Source of the DNA: Sedimentisphaerales bacterium
GTDB lineage: Bacteria > Planctomycetota > Phycisphaerae > Sedimentisphaerales > SM23-30
Assembly (NCBI GenBank): GCA_963663965.2
Contig: CAXXFK010000029.1
Location: forward strand, 238,451 to 302,450
Length of the DNA stretch: 64,000 nucleotides
Reading direction: 5' to 3'
The notes below the pieces were generated by a model. The model was not told where the DNA came from. It was given only the letters and a program-made list of their open reading frames with translations, and ran no database searches. Each line of letters begins with the position of its first letter. The first letter of the stretch is position 1. A program made the translations under genes and the position numbers. Below are positions 9,420-19,651 of this stretch, piece by piece.

Positions 9420-10583
9420 ATGGCAAAAGACCTGACCAAAGATGAATTGTTGCACAGACGATTCAAAGTTTTTTTCAGCGCGGCTGAAAGGAGCGGGGAT
9501 AAACATGCATCACGGTTAATTGAACGATTGCGTGAAAAATATGGTAATCTGGAGTTTGAAGGTTTAGGGGGGGATCAGATGGAATCTGCCGGGTGTTATT
9601 TAATGGAGAATTTGATGTCACGTAGCGCCATGTTAACCCATGCGCTCAAGCAAGTATTCTTTTATTGGAATTTGCGAAGCAAAATACGGCGCCATTTCGA
9701 TGAGAATCCGCCTGATCTGGTCGTGGTAGTGGATTCGCCAGCCTGGAATTTTCATGTCGCCCGGGCCGCGAAGGAGCACGGGATACCGGTTTTGTATTAT
9801 ATTGCCCCCCAGCTGTGGGCATGGGGAAGCTGGCGTTTGAATAAATTGAAGCGTTGTATCGATAAGGTGGCTTGTATTTTGCCTTTTGAAGAAGCATGGT
9901 TTACTCAAAGGGGGGTGAATGCCACGTTTGTTGGTCATCCTCTGTTTGATCGAAGCTATCATATTGCAGATCGTCCTTTTCGTACAGAAACGGCGGAAAA
10001 CTATCCAACAGTGGCTTTATTACCAGGCTCCCGAAAACATGAAATTGAGACCTTATGGCAGCCTATGCAGCAAATTGCACGAAAGGTTAAAAAGGAATAT
10101 CCTGAAGCACGCTTTGTATCGGCGGCTCCCAGTCGGGAATTTGTCGAATTTCTGACCCAACGCGCGGACCGGGATTTAATGATTGATATTCAGCACCGTC
10201 ATATTGAAGCGACAGTACGTTATGCTGATCTGGCGCTAGTGGCCTCTGGCACAGCTACTCTGGAAGTCGCCGCTCAAGGTTGTCCGATGTTGGTTATGTA
10301 TCATGTACCGGCATTGCAATGGAATCTGGTAGGACGCTGGTTATTAAAGACTCCGTTTATCTCGCTGGTGAATATCCTGTCCGGGCGTGAATTGGTTCCG
10401 GAGTTGATTCCGTTTGGCGGCCGTATTCAAAAAGCGACCAGAGAAGCATTGGATATCCTGGGAACTTATGAACGCAGGCATGAATTAAACAAGGATTTAT
10501 TGGGACTGATCAAACCCCTGGTTGAGAAAGATGCCCCTGAAGAAGTAGCCGAATTGATTCGAGAATTACTACCTCATTATTAA
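9420..10583 (+). CDS. lpxB: Lipid-A-disaccharide synthase
   Basis: AERSGD, VDSPAWN, YYIAPQLWAW, ILPFE, FVGHPL, LLPGSR, SGTATLE, VPELI; start 9420 or 9390. Confidence 0.95.
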   Translation: MAKDLTKDELLHRRFKVFFSAAERSGDKHASRLIERLREKYGNLEFEGLGGDQMESAGCYLMENLMSRSAMLTHALKQVFFYWNLRSKIRRHFDENPPDLVVVVDSPAWNFHVARAAKEHGIPVLYYIAPQLWAWGSWRLNKLKRCIDKVACILPFEEAWFTQRGVNATFVGHPLFDRSYHIADRPFRTETAENYPTVALLPGSRKHEIETLWQPMQQIARKVKKEYPEARFVSAAPSREFVEFLTQRADRDLMIDIQHRHIEATVRYADLALVASGTATLEVAAQGCPMLVMYHVPALQWNLVGRWLLKTPFISLVNILSGRELVPELIPFGGRIQKATREALDILGTYERRHELNKDLLGLIKPLVEKDAPEEVAELIRELLPHY

Positions 10584-10623
10584 ATATCAAGTATGATACA
10601 ATGACCGGGGTATCGAGTAGGGT

Positions 10624-12843
10624 GTGGTGCAAAAAAAGATGAATAAAACCATTCAAAACAAAACCGATGGGGTCATCCGATTTGGAACGTTTGGTGGCGT
10701 ATTTACCCCCTGCACCTTGACAATTCTGGGCGTTATCATGTTCTTGAGATTCGGCCAGGTGGTTGGGAATGCGGGCATCTGGCACGGATTATTGATTGTT
10801 GGCATGGCCAAGCTGGTTACCATTCTGACATCGTTGTCTTTATCGGCAATCGCCACCAATAGTCGGGTTAAAGGTGGCGGGGCCTATTATATGATCAGCC
10901 GATCGTTAGGGATAGAATTTGGAGGAGCGATTGGGCTGGTATTCTTTTTATCTCAAGCCGTATCGGTGGCTATGTATATTATTGGATTTACAGAAGCTCT
11001 AACCAGCGTCATACCGGCGTTAAGCAACCATTTCCGGTTATCCGCGTCGGTAGTCAACCTGGTAGTATTCATTTGCGTTTATATTGGGGCTGGCTGGACA
11101 ATCAAGATTCAATATGCCATTTTGTTGATTTTGCTGGGCGCTATTGTATCATTCATTGGAGGAGCGATCGGTCATTGGAACCAGGCCCATCTTATTGAGA
11201 ATCTAAATCCAAAATATGGTGACTCTCAGAACTTATGGACAATGTTTGCGTTATTTTTTCCGGCGGCAACCGGTATTATGGCTGGAGCTAATATGTCGGG
11301 TGATCTGGCCGATCCCGGCAAATCGATTCCACGCGGGACAGTCAGCGCCATTGTCTTTACGGGCATGATTTACGGGGCGTTTGTGTTATTCTTAGGCGCA
11401 AGCGCTGATCGCAATGCTTTACAGACTGAACACATGATCGTATCCCGACTGGCCTGGCAGCCTGGATTTATTCTGGCCGGAGTTTTCGCAGCCACCTTGT
11501 CTTCAGCCCTGGGCAGCCTGATGGGAGCCCCTCGTATTTTGCAGGCACTTGCCAGAGATCGGGTTTTTGGCATTCTGAACTTTTTTTCAAGGGGCAGTGG
11601 CATCAATAATGAACCTCGACGAGCGACGATTCTGTCGTATCTGATTGCACAGGCCGGTATCATGCTGGGGGATCTGAATGCCATCGCTCCCATAACAACG
11701 ATGTTTTTTATGATAACTTATGGGGCGCTCAATTACGCGGCATTTCAGGAAGGATGTAGTGGGAATCCCAGTTACAGACCTCGGTTCAAGTATAATCACT
11801 GGTCACTCTCATTATTAGGGGCATTATGCTGTGTGATAGCCATGTTATTGATTGACTGGCTATGGGCTGTCATTGCGCTTTTACTTATGGTTGCGATATA
11901 TCGTTATCTGGTACGAGAAGAGATGGAGGCAGCCTGGGGTGATTTGCAAAGCGGCGCGGCTCTCGGTCGTGTGCGCCGAGAATTGCTGAATCTGGAAGAA
12001 ATGAGTTATCATCCCAAAAACTGGCGCCCTGTCATTATTGCATTTGGCGTTCATCGTGAAGAACGATTGCATATGGCGGCAATGGCGCGCTGGCTGGCAG
12101 GGCCGACGGGAATGTTAATCATCGGTCAGGTCATTACCAGTGAAGACGACGATATTCTTGAGCGTCATCGGCAAGCCAGGCGTCAATTACGAAAACGTAT
12201 CAGTGAAAATGAGTTGGAGGCATTTCCGGCGGTGACTATCGCGCCCAGTTTAACCAGTGGGCTTTCCGCTTTGACCCAATGCAGCGGGGTAGGCGCCATT
12301 CATCCCAATCTGGTCTTGTTCAACTGGACTAATGATGAGGAAAAACAGGCAGGTTTGTTAACTAATATGAAAATGGTAACTCGTCTTGGGCGCAGCCTGG
12401 CCTTATTACGCTATCAGCCACCACCCACGGAGGATATCTGGGCTGTACCATCAGGTACAATTGACGTCTGGTGGCTGGGTTTGGGCAATGGAAGTTTGAT
12501 GTTACTGTTAGGGCATCTTTTACAGCATAATAATGGCTGGCGCGATCACCGCATCCGCTTGATCCGCATGATTAAAGATGAGGCCGGCCGTGAGGAAACC
12601 CGTCAATATCTGGAGCAACTGGCCACGGATGCCAGGATTCCGGCGGAATGTAAGGTTTTAATTGGGGATGAATTTACAGAAATTCTGGTCAGGGAAAGCA
12701 GTGGCTCCGCATTGTGTATCCTGGGATTGCAAAATCCGATTGAAATGCCGGATGGGGCAATAAAAAAGCTGGCATCGATGACTGACCGGCTTACGAGGTT
12801 ATTATTCATCCATAGCGCCGGGGATATGTCGCTGGAAGTATGA
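10624..12843 (+). CDS. SLC12/NKCC-like cation-chloride cotransporter (APC superfamily) with cytoplasmic C-domain
   Basis: FGTFGGVFTPC..ILGVIMFLR, GGGAYYMISRSLG, FFPAATGIMAGANMSGDL, APRILQALARD, KNWRP and IDVWW motifs. Confidence 0.9.
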   Translation: MVQKKMNKTIQNKTDGVIRFGTFGGVFTPCTLTILGVIMFLRFGQVVGNAGIWHGLLIVGMAKLVTILTSLSLSAIATNSRVKGGGAYYMISRSLGIEFGGAIGLVFFLSQAVSVAMYIIGFTEALTSVIPALSNHFRLSASVVNLVVFICVYIGAGWTIKIQYAILLILLGAIVSFIGGAIGHWNQAHLIENLNPKYGDSQNLWTMFALFFPAATGIMAGANMSGDLADPGKSIPRGTVSAIVFTGMIYGAFVLFLGASADRNALQTEHMIVSRLAWQPGFILAGVFAATLSSALGSLMGAPRILQALARDRVFGILNFFSRGSGINNEPRRATILSYLIAQAGIMLGDLNAIAPITTMFFMITYGALNYAAFQEGCSGNPSYRPRFKYNHWSLSLLGALCCVIAMLLIDWLWAVIALLLMVAIYRYLVREEMEAAWGDLQSGAALGRVRRELLNLEEMSYHPKNWRPVIIAFGVHREERLHMAAMARWLAGPTGMLIIGQVITSEDDDILERHRQARRQLRKRISENELEAFPAVTIAPSLTSGLSALTQCSGVGAIHPNLVLFNWTNDEEKQAGLLTNMKMVTRLGRSLALLRYQPPPTEDIWAVPSGTIDVWWLGLGNGSLMLLLGHLLQHNNGWRDHRIRLIRMIKDEAGREETRQYLEQLATDARIPAECKVLIGDEFTEILVRESSGSALCILGLQNPIEMPDGAIKKLASMTDRLTRLLFIHSAGDMSLEV

Positions 12844-12845
12844 AA

Positions 12846-12876
12846 AAAGGCATGAGTCCGATCAGATCATGCCTTT
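12846..12876. terminator. Probable bidirectional intrinsic terminator between convergent genes
   Basis: AAAGGCATGA...TCATGCCTTT stem flanked by A/T tracts. Confidence 0.7.
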
Positions 12877-12900
12877 AAAATGGTGTACAAAAGAGGAAAG

Positions 12901-14277
12901 TTATGCCGTAACGGTTGATTTACTTTTGGTGGTTGTTTTACGTGTTTTGGTTGCGCCACTTTTCTTAACGGGCCTGTCATTCAGTTCATGTTCCATGTTC
13001 AGTAAATCCTGCCAGCATGCCTGGCGGATTTCATTCATAGAAGTTAACCCGGTTGCCGTTTTTTCAAGCGCATCCACAATGAGTGGAGCATATCCCGCTT
13101 TTCTAAAACTGGCGCGCAAGGGGGCCTGTCCGGCATTATTTGTGATTAATTCAGACATGGATGGATTAATGGTAACCATTTCAAATACACCGGAGCGGCC
13201 AATATGGCCATAGGAACTGCAATCTTCGCAACCCACCGGTTCATAAACACAATCCGGAGGTACGACTTTAAAATGTTTATAGAGTGAAACTTCATGCCGG
13301 GTTAATTCTCGTTTGGTAGAACAACTCATGCATAACTTGCGAACCAGATTCTGAGAAATCACCATTCGCAAGGTAGAGCCAATAATGAAATTGGGGACAG
13401 ACAAATAGTGAAGTGAGTCAACCGCTGCCGCGGCATCGCGCGCGTGAACCGTTGCGATTACCAGTTTGCCGGCCATGGCGGCACGGGTGGCAGTGATTGC
13501 CGATTGTTCATCGCGAATTTCGCCAACGAGAATGACATCCGGATCCATACGCAGTATCGTACGCAATCCTTCATACATGGTAAGTCCATGATCCTGGTCC
13601 ACCTGAATCTGACGCAGCCAGGATAAATTGTATTCGATGGGATCTTCTATCGACATGCCAACCTTGTTTCGTAGATCGAGCATCGAGGCCAGGGAGTAAA
13701 GCGTAGAAGATTTGCCGGCGCCGGTCGCTCCGCTAACAAGCACCAGACCCGACGGCGCTTCCATGACTTCACGGCATTGTTTATGGTGTTTGTCGCTCAA
13801 TCCAAGTTGAGTGATATTATGGATCTTGTCCGGAACAGTCATCACTCTCAGATGAATTGATTCCCCATTGCCGACTGGAGTCAACGCGATGCGGATATCC
13901 TTGGGACCCCATTCTTCCGTCCAGCGAAACTGGCTTTCAGTGGGCATGAAATTGCGGCCAATAGGGATTTTGGATGCTATTTTGATCTGGTTGATTAAAC
14001 GCTGCCCAGGTTCTTTTTCCATTTGGTATAATGGATGAATGATCCCATCGACACGCAGCCTGACTTCGATCAGTTTGTTCGGCATGACGTCGATATGAAC
14101 ATCGGACGCACGTTTACGGCTCATCTCGCATAACAAACTATGCAACGGTTCTGGACATTGTGGCAGAATCGGGATTTCGGTCCAGACATCATCGGGAAGA
14201 TCTTCAAAATCCGTATGATCATATTGCCCTGAGGAGAATGCGTTTATATCTACGTCCTGGTGAATCATAATAATCAT
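12901..14277 (-). CDS. GspE/PilB-family secretion ATPase
   Basis: ASDVHI, RLRVDG, Walker A GATGAGKSST, EDPIEY, LRMDPDVILVGEIRD, Zn motif CMSC...CEDC; start uncertain (14268-14286). Confidence 0.92.
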   Translation of the reverse strand: MIIMIHQDVDINAFSSGQYDHTDFEDLPDDVWTEIPILPQCPEPLHSLLCEMSRKRASDVHIDVMPNKLIEVRLRVDGIIHPLYQMEKEPGQRLINQIKIASKIPIGRNFMPTESQFRWTEEWGPKDIRIALTPVGNGESIHLRVMTVPDKIHNITQLGLSDKHHKQCREVMEAPSGLVLVSGATGAGKSSTLYSLASMLDLRNKVGMSIEDPIEYNLSWLRQIQVDQDHGLTMYEGLRTILRMDPDVILVGEIRDEQSAITATRAAMAGKLVIATVHARDAAAAVDSLHYLSVPNFIIGSTLRMVISQNLVRKLCMSCSTKRELTRHEVSLYKHFKVVPPDCVYEPVGCEDCSSYGHIGRSGVFEMVTINPSMSELITNNAGQAPLRASFRKAGYAPLIVDALEKTATGLTSMNEIRQACWQDLLNMEHELNDRPVKKSGATKTRKTTTKSKSTVTA

Positions 14278-14478
14278 CGCCTCCAAATAGTAATCAATAA
14301 TGCCTGGGAACCGAGCTGAGATTCACATCCGGCATTTAATTCAAAAGTAAAATATAAGTTTAGAGCAAGCAAATATTTGGATATCAAATTTTTGTTTTTT
14401 TAACGTTGCCATCCGAAAGTTGAATTTAATAATCCGCATATTCGAAAAAATTTAACACCTGAATCGATGAAAATAAAC

Positions 14479-14503
14479 AAGGCATCGCTCAAGACGATGC
14501 CTT
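14479..14503 (-). terminator. Probable intrinsic terminator after the TPR gene
   Basis: AAGGCATCG/CGATGCCTT stem followed by GTTTATTTT on the minus strand. Confidence 0.6.
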
Positions 14504-14532
14504 CTGTTTCAATGATGGTACGAACATATCTA

Positions 14533-16233
14533 TTAGAATGGATAGGCCGAGGGACGTTGAATGCCCGGGATTCGTTGTGACTGAAAAGCCAACGGGCTGT
14601 CCGGTTCCAATTCACAAACAGTACGCCAGGCGTACATGGCACGATCTACCAAAGCCATATTCTGCAAGGCAAGCATGACATTGGATTTTATGTATGCGGA
14701 TTTATTATCCTGCTGATCCGCTGCCAGACCAATTTGTTCCATGGTAAGCGCGAATTGGATACGATCACAATACATCAGTGCCAGGCGATAGTGTAATTCA
14801 GCGCTTTCTTCATCCAGTACCATGCTATTGGCAAACTGGATATCCGATTCTGTTTTATTGCCGATTTCACGCATTAACAGGCCGAATTTAATGGCGGCTT
14901 TCTGGTAGGAAGGGTTAATCATTAACGCGCGGCGCAGGTGATATTCTGATTCTTTAATATCGCCTTTGCCTCGCATCAGGACCGCATAATTATAGTGGAG
15001 ACTGGCCTGATCGGGCGTTCGCGCGAGTGCCTGGCGATGGCGGTCGAGTTGTGCTTCGAGCAGATCCTCGGTCATGACAGAAAGATCGGAAGGATCATCA
15101 CTTGCTAAAAAAGGGTGGGACCTTCTCTGCCGAATTACCATTTTCATCTGCAGGCGATTCATTTCGGCATAAAGAAGATTGGTATTTGGTTCCAGAGCCG
15201 CGGCCAATTCCAGCGTATCATCCGCCTCGGCGGTTTTGCCCGCCATCTGCTGGGCAACGCCAAGGCCAATATAGGCCGCGATAATCCTGTCGTTGATTTC
15301 TATGGCGTAATTGAACATCAGCGCGGCATCGTAGAAGCGATGCATGCGCATATGTTGCGTTCCGAGTTTAACCGCCGCTTCCAGATAGCCGGGATGGATT
15401 TCCAGGGCACGTTTGTAATTAGCGACCGCGAGTTTGTCTTCGCCCGTCTGGCTGTACAGATCCGCCAACCGGATAAAAGAATCCGCAAAAGACTGCCCCT
15501 CATCATCCAGCACGGCTTTCATTCGTTCAATGGCTTCATCAATCTGGCCATTTTTCACCAATGTTTCGATCTCGTCGTTGTGAGAATCAAAATTATCCGG
15601 TTCAATGGTCAATGCTTTTTCAAATGCGGAAATGGCATGATCGTATTGACGCGTTTGCAGATAAAATTGTCCCAATGTCAGGCAATACCAGACATCTTCC
15701 GGATGTTCGCGCTGTAATACCCGCAATAGCTCTATTGCTTTGGTGTATTTGAGCTGATAGAGTTCAATTGCGGCCAGGCGTTCTCGACTGTGCCTCAGGT
15801 AAGGTTTTTGTTCCGAGCCTTTTTTATACCAATTCCGGGCCAGATCGATTTTGCCTTTTCGCTCATAACAATACCCCAGCGCCAGGCAAACTCTGGCGTC
15901 TGAGTGTTCACGATTAATCTGTTCGAGCCTTTCAACCGCTTTATCGAGGTTTCCGGAAGAACTGTGCATGGCGGCCCATGCCAGGTCAACATCCAGATTA
16001 TCCGGATTTTTCTCAAGCAGCATAGAAAAGACTTTTTCCGCTTTAGGAATAGAGCCACTTTGAGCGTAATGGATTCCGATTCGCATCAAATTGGCAATAT
16101 GACCAGGATTTGTTTCAATCGCTTCTTCGAGTAATTCGACATCTTCACTCGAGAGCGGTCTGGACCAGGGTAAAACCATTGACATCATTGGGATGTCGAG
16201 CCCACGGCCCAGTAATTCAAGAAGGTAACTCAT
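14533..16233 (-). CDS. Tetratricopeptide-repeat protein
   Basis: Many TPR consensus units (LG..Y...G....A...Y..AL...P); AGGAG RBS. Confidence 0.9.
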   Translation of the reverse strand: MSYLLELLGRGLDIPMMSMVLPWSRPLSSEDVELLEEAIETNPGHIANLMRIGIHYAQSGSIPKAEKVFSMLLEKNPDNLDVDLAWAAMHSSSGNLDKAVERLEQINREHSDARVCLALGYCYERKGKIDLARNWYKKGSEQKPYLRHSRERLAAIELYQLKYTKAIELLRVLQREHPEDVWYCLTLGQFYLQTRQYDHAISAFEKALTIEPDNFDSHNDEIETLVKNGQIDEAIERMKAVLDDEGQSFADSFIRLADLYSQTGEDKLAVANYKRALEIHPGYLEAAVKLGTQHMRMHRFYDAALMFNYAIEINDRIIAAYIGLGVAQQMAGKTAEADDTLELAAALEPNTNLLYAEMNRLQMKMVIRQRRSHPFLASDDPSDLSVMTEDLLEAQLDRHRQALARTPDQASLHYNYAVLMRGKGDIKESEYHLRRALMINPSYQKAAIKFGLLMREIGNKTESDIQFANSMVLDEESAELHYRLALMYCDRIQFALTMEQIGLAADQQDNKSAYIKSNVMLALQNMALVDRAMYAWRTVCELEPDSPLAFQSQRIPGIQRPSAYPF

Positions 16234-16298
16234 ATTGCTGCCATCTCCTGTTTAACACACACAAGTATCTCGCATACAAAATCTTTAAGACATGAGGC

Positions 16299-16325
16299 AT
16301 ATCGACCCGGTCTAAAGGGTGCTTA
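16299..16325 (-). promoter_or_regulatory. Candidate sigma28 (FliA-type) promoter upstream of the TPR gene
   Basis: TAAG-N15-GTCGATAT on the minus strand, 66 bp upstream of the ATG. Confidence 0.5.
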
Positions 16326-16630
16326 ATAGCAAAACCTCATTTACGAGGCTGAAACAGGGGATTCCAATCCGCCTAAACGGTACATTCCGTAAGGCTTTTC
16401 CAGATAGTCACAAATGTCGCTTACCGGACTGAAAAAGGGTTTGGGCTGTAACGATTATCCGGTGCATGGATAAAGGGGGGAAATTGATATTTTAGTAACT
16501 GTTTGCAATGTCAGAAGTTATCGGACCTGTCATTCTTGAACTGCCTGACATGATTCATGAACATGAGACGGATTTTCGGGTAGCTGGAATTGTTTGAAAG
16601 TATCCAAAAGACCTCAATGCCAAAATTTCG

Positions 16631-16658
16631 TTCACTACCGGCAAAGATTTGCTACAAT
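16631..16658 (+). promoter_or_regulatory. Candidate sigma70 extended -10 promoter for ovoA
   Basis: TTCACT-16 bp-TACAAT with TG at the extended -10 position. Confidence 0.45.
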
Positions 16659-16791
16659 ATGGGCTTGCAGGATGTTTTTAACTATGATTTCAGTCCCTGT
16701 GAAATTGAATAACTCTGTGTCAATATCTGCCATTTGAATGGATCTGAATCATATTTGTTGGAAATTAATACTTAACGAAGAGTCAGAATTG

Positions 16792-18900
16792 ATGGATGTT
16801 ACTCGAACGATCATTTTAAATCGGGGCGATGTGTCGCAAAAGCGCCGGGAAATTCAAGATTATTTTCATGCGACATTTGATATTGATGAAAAATTAATGA
16901 AGCATCTGGCTGACGATAACACATTTTATCTGCGCGCCGATCCGCTGCGTCATCCATTGATATTTTATTTTGGTCATACCGCGGTATTTTATATAAACAA
17001 ATTGATTTTAGCAGAGTCGCTTAAGGAAAGAATTCATCCTGAATACGAATCGATGTTTGCTGTAGGGGTGGATGAAATGTCATGGGATGATCTCAATGAG
17101 TCGCACTATGACTGGCCGTCAGTCCGCGAAGTACAGGATTATCGGAATCAAGTACGGCAAGTTGTCGATACATTAATCCAGACGATGAATCTGGAAATGC
17201 CAATTAACTGGAGTAATCCCTGGTGGATAATCATGATGGGTATTGAACATGCGCGAATCCATCTGGAGACGTCATCAGTATTAATCAGGCAGTTGCCTCT
17301 TGAACGGGTACGACCTGTCGCTGGTTGGCAGATATGTGAAAAAGGTGGGCCGTCTCCACAGAACAACCTGCTCGAGGTTGAGGCCGGCCAGGCAACATTA
17401 GGCAAAAACAGAGAACACAGGCTTTATGGCTGGGATAACGAGTTCGGAACGCATGTTGCCGAGGTGAGCAGATTTCTGGCATCGAAGTATCTGGTTTCGA
17501 ATCAGGAGTATCTGGAATTTGTGGAAGACGGTGGATATAAAACAGAACGCTGGTGGACTGAAGAAGGATGGAACTGGCGGTTATATAAACAACCGGAGTA
17601 CCCCCTGTTCTGGAGAAATTATGGCAATCAGTGGCATCTGCGAACGGTTGCCAGTGAAATTGCAATGCCCTGGAACTGGCCGGTTGAAGTAAACTATCTG
17701 GAAGCCAAGGCGTTTTGCAACTGGAAATCTGAAAAGGATGGATTGCCGATTCGGTTGCCAACGGAAGATGAGTGGTATCGCCTGCGGGATTTACATGTTT
17801 TAAACGACCAACCGGACTGGCTCCAGGCGCCGGGAAATATCAATCTGGAGCATTATTGTTCTTCGTGCCCGATCGATCAATTCGCCTTTGGAGAATTCTA
17901 TGATATTATTGGAAACGTCTGGCAATGGACAGAGACGCCGATTTATCCATTGGATGGTTTTAAGACCCATCCGGTCTATGATGATTTTTCTACTCCAACA
18001 TTTGACAATAAACATAATCTGATTAAAGGAGGATCATGGATTTCAACTGGTAACGAAGCGACTCGTGACAGCCGCTACGCATTTCGTCGGCATTTTTATC
18101 AGCATGCCGGATTGCGATATATTCAAAGTGACAAATCCGTTGAAATGATGCATGTGCCCTATGAATGTGAACCGGAAGTCTGTCAAGCCTGTGAGTTGCA
18201 TTATGGCAATGAAATATTAGGAGTATCCAATTTCCCTGCCGCCATTGCACAAACCTGTGTGGAATTGATGAATGGTCGGCCCAAACGAAGAGCGCTTGAT
18301 CTGGGGTGTTCGGCTGGCAGAGCGACCTGGGAACTGGCCAAGTCATTTGAACAGGTAACGGGTATAGATTTAACGGCGCGGATTATGCGTGTTGGCGATG
18401 ACATGAAACGTGATGGCCGGATTCGATATCGTATGGCTGAAGAGGGAGAATTAGAGAGTTATCACGAGAGAACCCTCGAAGAATTGGGTTATGAAGACTT
18501 AATAGATAAAGTGGAATTCTGGCAGAACGATCCATGTAACCTGAAACAGAAGGCGCTTTTTAATGATTATGACTTGGTTTTGGTTCAGGATTTGCTGATT
18601 CGTCTTTATGATCCCGAGAGATTCTTGCGGGAAATTCATTTTCAAATGACCGAGCGGGCTTTGCTGGTGATTGTGACTTCCAATCAGTGGGCAACAGAGA
18701 GTGTGCCAAAAAATAAATGGCTGGGGGGATATCGAAAAGATGGAGATCCTTATCGTACGCATGAGGGATTAAAGGATATTCTATCCGACCGCTTCGAATT
18801 AATCGATGGCCCCCGTGAATATCCTCGAGTAATCCGAATAAATTCTCAACGGTTCACTTATGAAAGATTAGAATTGACAGCCTGGGAAAAGTTGTATTGA
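16792..18900 (+). CDS. ovoA: 5-histidylcysteine sulfoxide synthase / ovothiol biosynthesis protein (DinB-FGE-methyltransferase)
   Basis: LRHPLIFYFGHTA, GVDEMSWDD, iron motif EHARIHLE (HxxxHxE), FGE-sulfatase domain (RLPTEDEW, GNVWQW, RRHFYQHAGLR), C-terminal SAM-MTase (ALDLGCSAGR, KWLGG); ATG 16792 preferred over 16738. Confidence 0.93.
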   Translation: MDVTRTIILNRGDVSQKRREIQDYFHATFDIDEKLMKHLADDNTFYLRADPLRHPLIFYFGHTAVFYINKLILAESLKERIHPEYESMFAVGVDEMSWDDLNESHYDWPSVREVQDYRNQVRQVVDTLIQTMNLEMPINWSNPWWIIMMGIEHARIHLETSSVLIRQLPLERVRPVAGWQICEKGGPSPQNNLLEVEAGQATLGKNREHRLYGWDNEFGTHVAEVSRFLASKYLVSNQEYLEFVEDGGYKTERWWTEEGWNWRLYKQPEYPLFWRNYGNQWHLRTVASEIAMPWNWPVEVNYLEAKAFCNWKSEKDGLPIRLPTEDEWYRLRDLHVLNDQPDWLQAPGNINLEHYCSSCPIDQFAFGEFYDIIGNVWQWTETPIYPLDGFKTHPVYDDFSTPTFDNKHNLIKGGSWISTGNEATRDSRYAFRRHFYQHAGLRYIQSDKSVEMMHVPYECEPEVCQACELHYGNEILGVSNFPAAIAQTCVELMNGRPKRRALDLGCSAGRATWELAKSFEQVTGIDLTARIMRVGDDMKRDGRIRYRMAEEGELESYHERTLEELGYEDLIDKVEFWQNDPCNLKQKALFNDYDLVLVQDLLIRLYDPERFLREIHFQMTERALLVIVTSNQWATESVPKNKWLGGYRKDGDPYRTHEGLKDILSDRFELIDGPREYPRVIRINSQRFTYERLELTAWEKLY

Positions 18901-18971
18901 ACCTGTTTCCGGATAAATAACGAACCTGTAAATCAAAAATAAACCACAAAAACACTGGAGAAACTAAACCC

Positions 18972-19634
18972 ATGAATAATCAACCCAAGGCGGTAATATT
19001 TGATCTGGACGGTGTGTTGATCGATACCGGGTCTTATCATGAACAATCCTTCCGAGATCTGGCAGCGCTTTATGGATTGAATATGTCCGATACGTTTTTT
19101 ATCGATACCTTCGGTATGCAAAACCGGCAAAGTCTGCCCATTCTGGCAGGAAGGTCTTTGACAGATTCTGAAACCCAGGAATTGTCCGATTGGAAGGAAC
19201 AGCGTTATCGTGAGTTAATTGCGGGAAAAATGACCTTGCTGGCGGGAGTGCGAGATTTATTAAACGATTTAAAAAAGAACGGTTATCGTACGGCAATTGG
19301 GACATCGACACCACGTAAAAACGTTGAGTTTATGATGGATAATACTCACGTTCAGGATTTATTCGATGCGTATACCTGTAGTGAAGAGGTTCAAAAAAGC
19401 AAGCCCGCCCCGGATACCTTTTTATCCGCCGCCAGCAAACTGGGAGTACCTCCTGAACAATGTTTGGTTATTGAAGACGCGATTGTTGGGGTGGAAGCCG
19501 GACTCAATGCCGGAATGCGGGTACTGGCGGTTACCACTACGCGCACTCGAGAAGAACTGGCACGAGCCCATCGCATTATTGACAGTTTGACTGAAATTAC
19601 TTCCGCAGATATTGAAACGATGATATTTGGTTGA
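18972..19634 (+). CDS. HAD-superfamily phosphatase (beta-phosphoglucomutase-like)
   Basis: FDLDGVLIDT, KPAPD, VIEDAIVG. Confidence 0.92.
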   Translation: MNNQPKAVIFDLDGVLIDTGSYHEQSFRDLAALYGLNMSDTFFIDTFGMQNRQSLPILAGRSLTDSETQELSDWKEQRYRELIAGKMTLLAGVRDLLNDLKKNGYRTAIGTSTPRKNVEFMMDNTHVQDLFDAYTCSEEVQKSKPAPDTFLSAASKLGVPPEQCLVIEDAIVGVEAGLNAGMRVLAVTTTRTREELARAHRIIDSLTEITSADIETMIFG

Positions 19635-19651
19635 AATTGAATTTAACTGCC

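Noticed and set aside
15115..15717. 200-aa + strand ORF (likewise 49473-50129 and 62679-63251)
   Set aside because: Wholly antisense to well-supported genes; no RBS or domain evidence
16455..16473. TTATCC-N7-GGATAA palindrome resembling paired DnaA boxes
   Set aside because: Poor match to TTATCCACA, no box cluster or dnaA nearby; could be an operator but is unsupported
16639..16653. CGGCAAAGATTTGCT resembling a sigma54 promoter before ovoA
   Set aside because: GG-to-GC spacing is one base short of the strict requirement; an extended -10 sigma70 reading fits better
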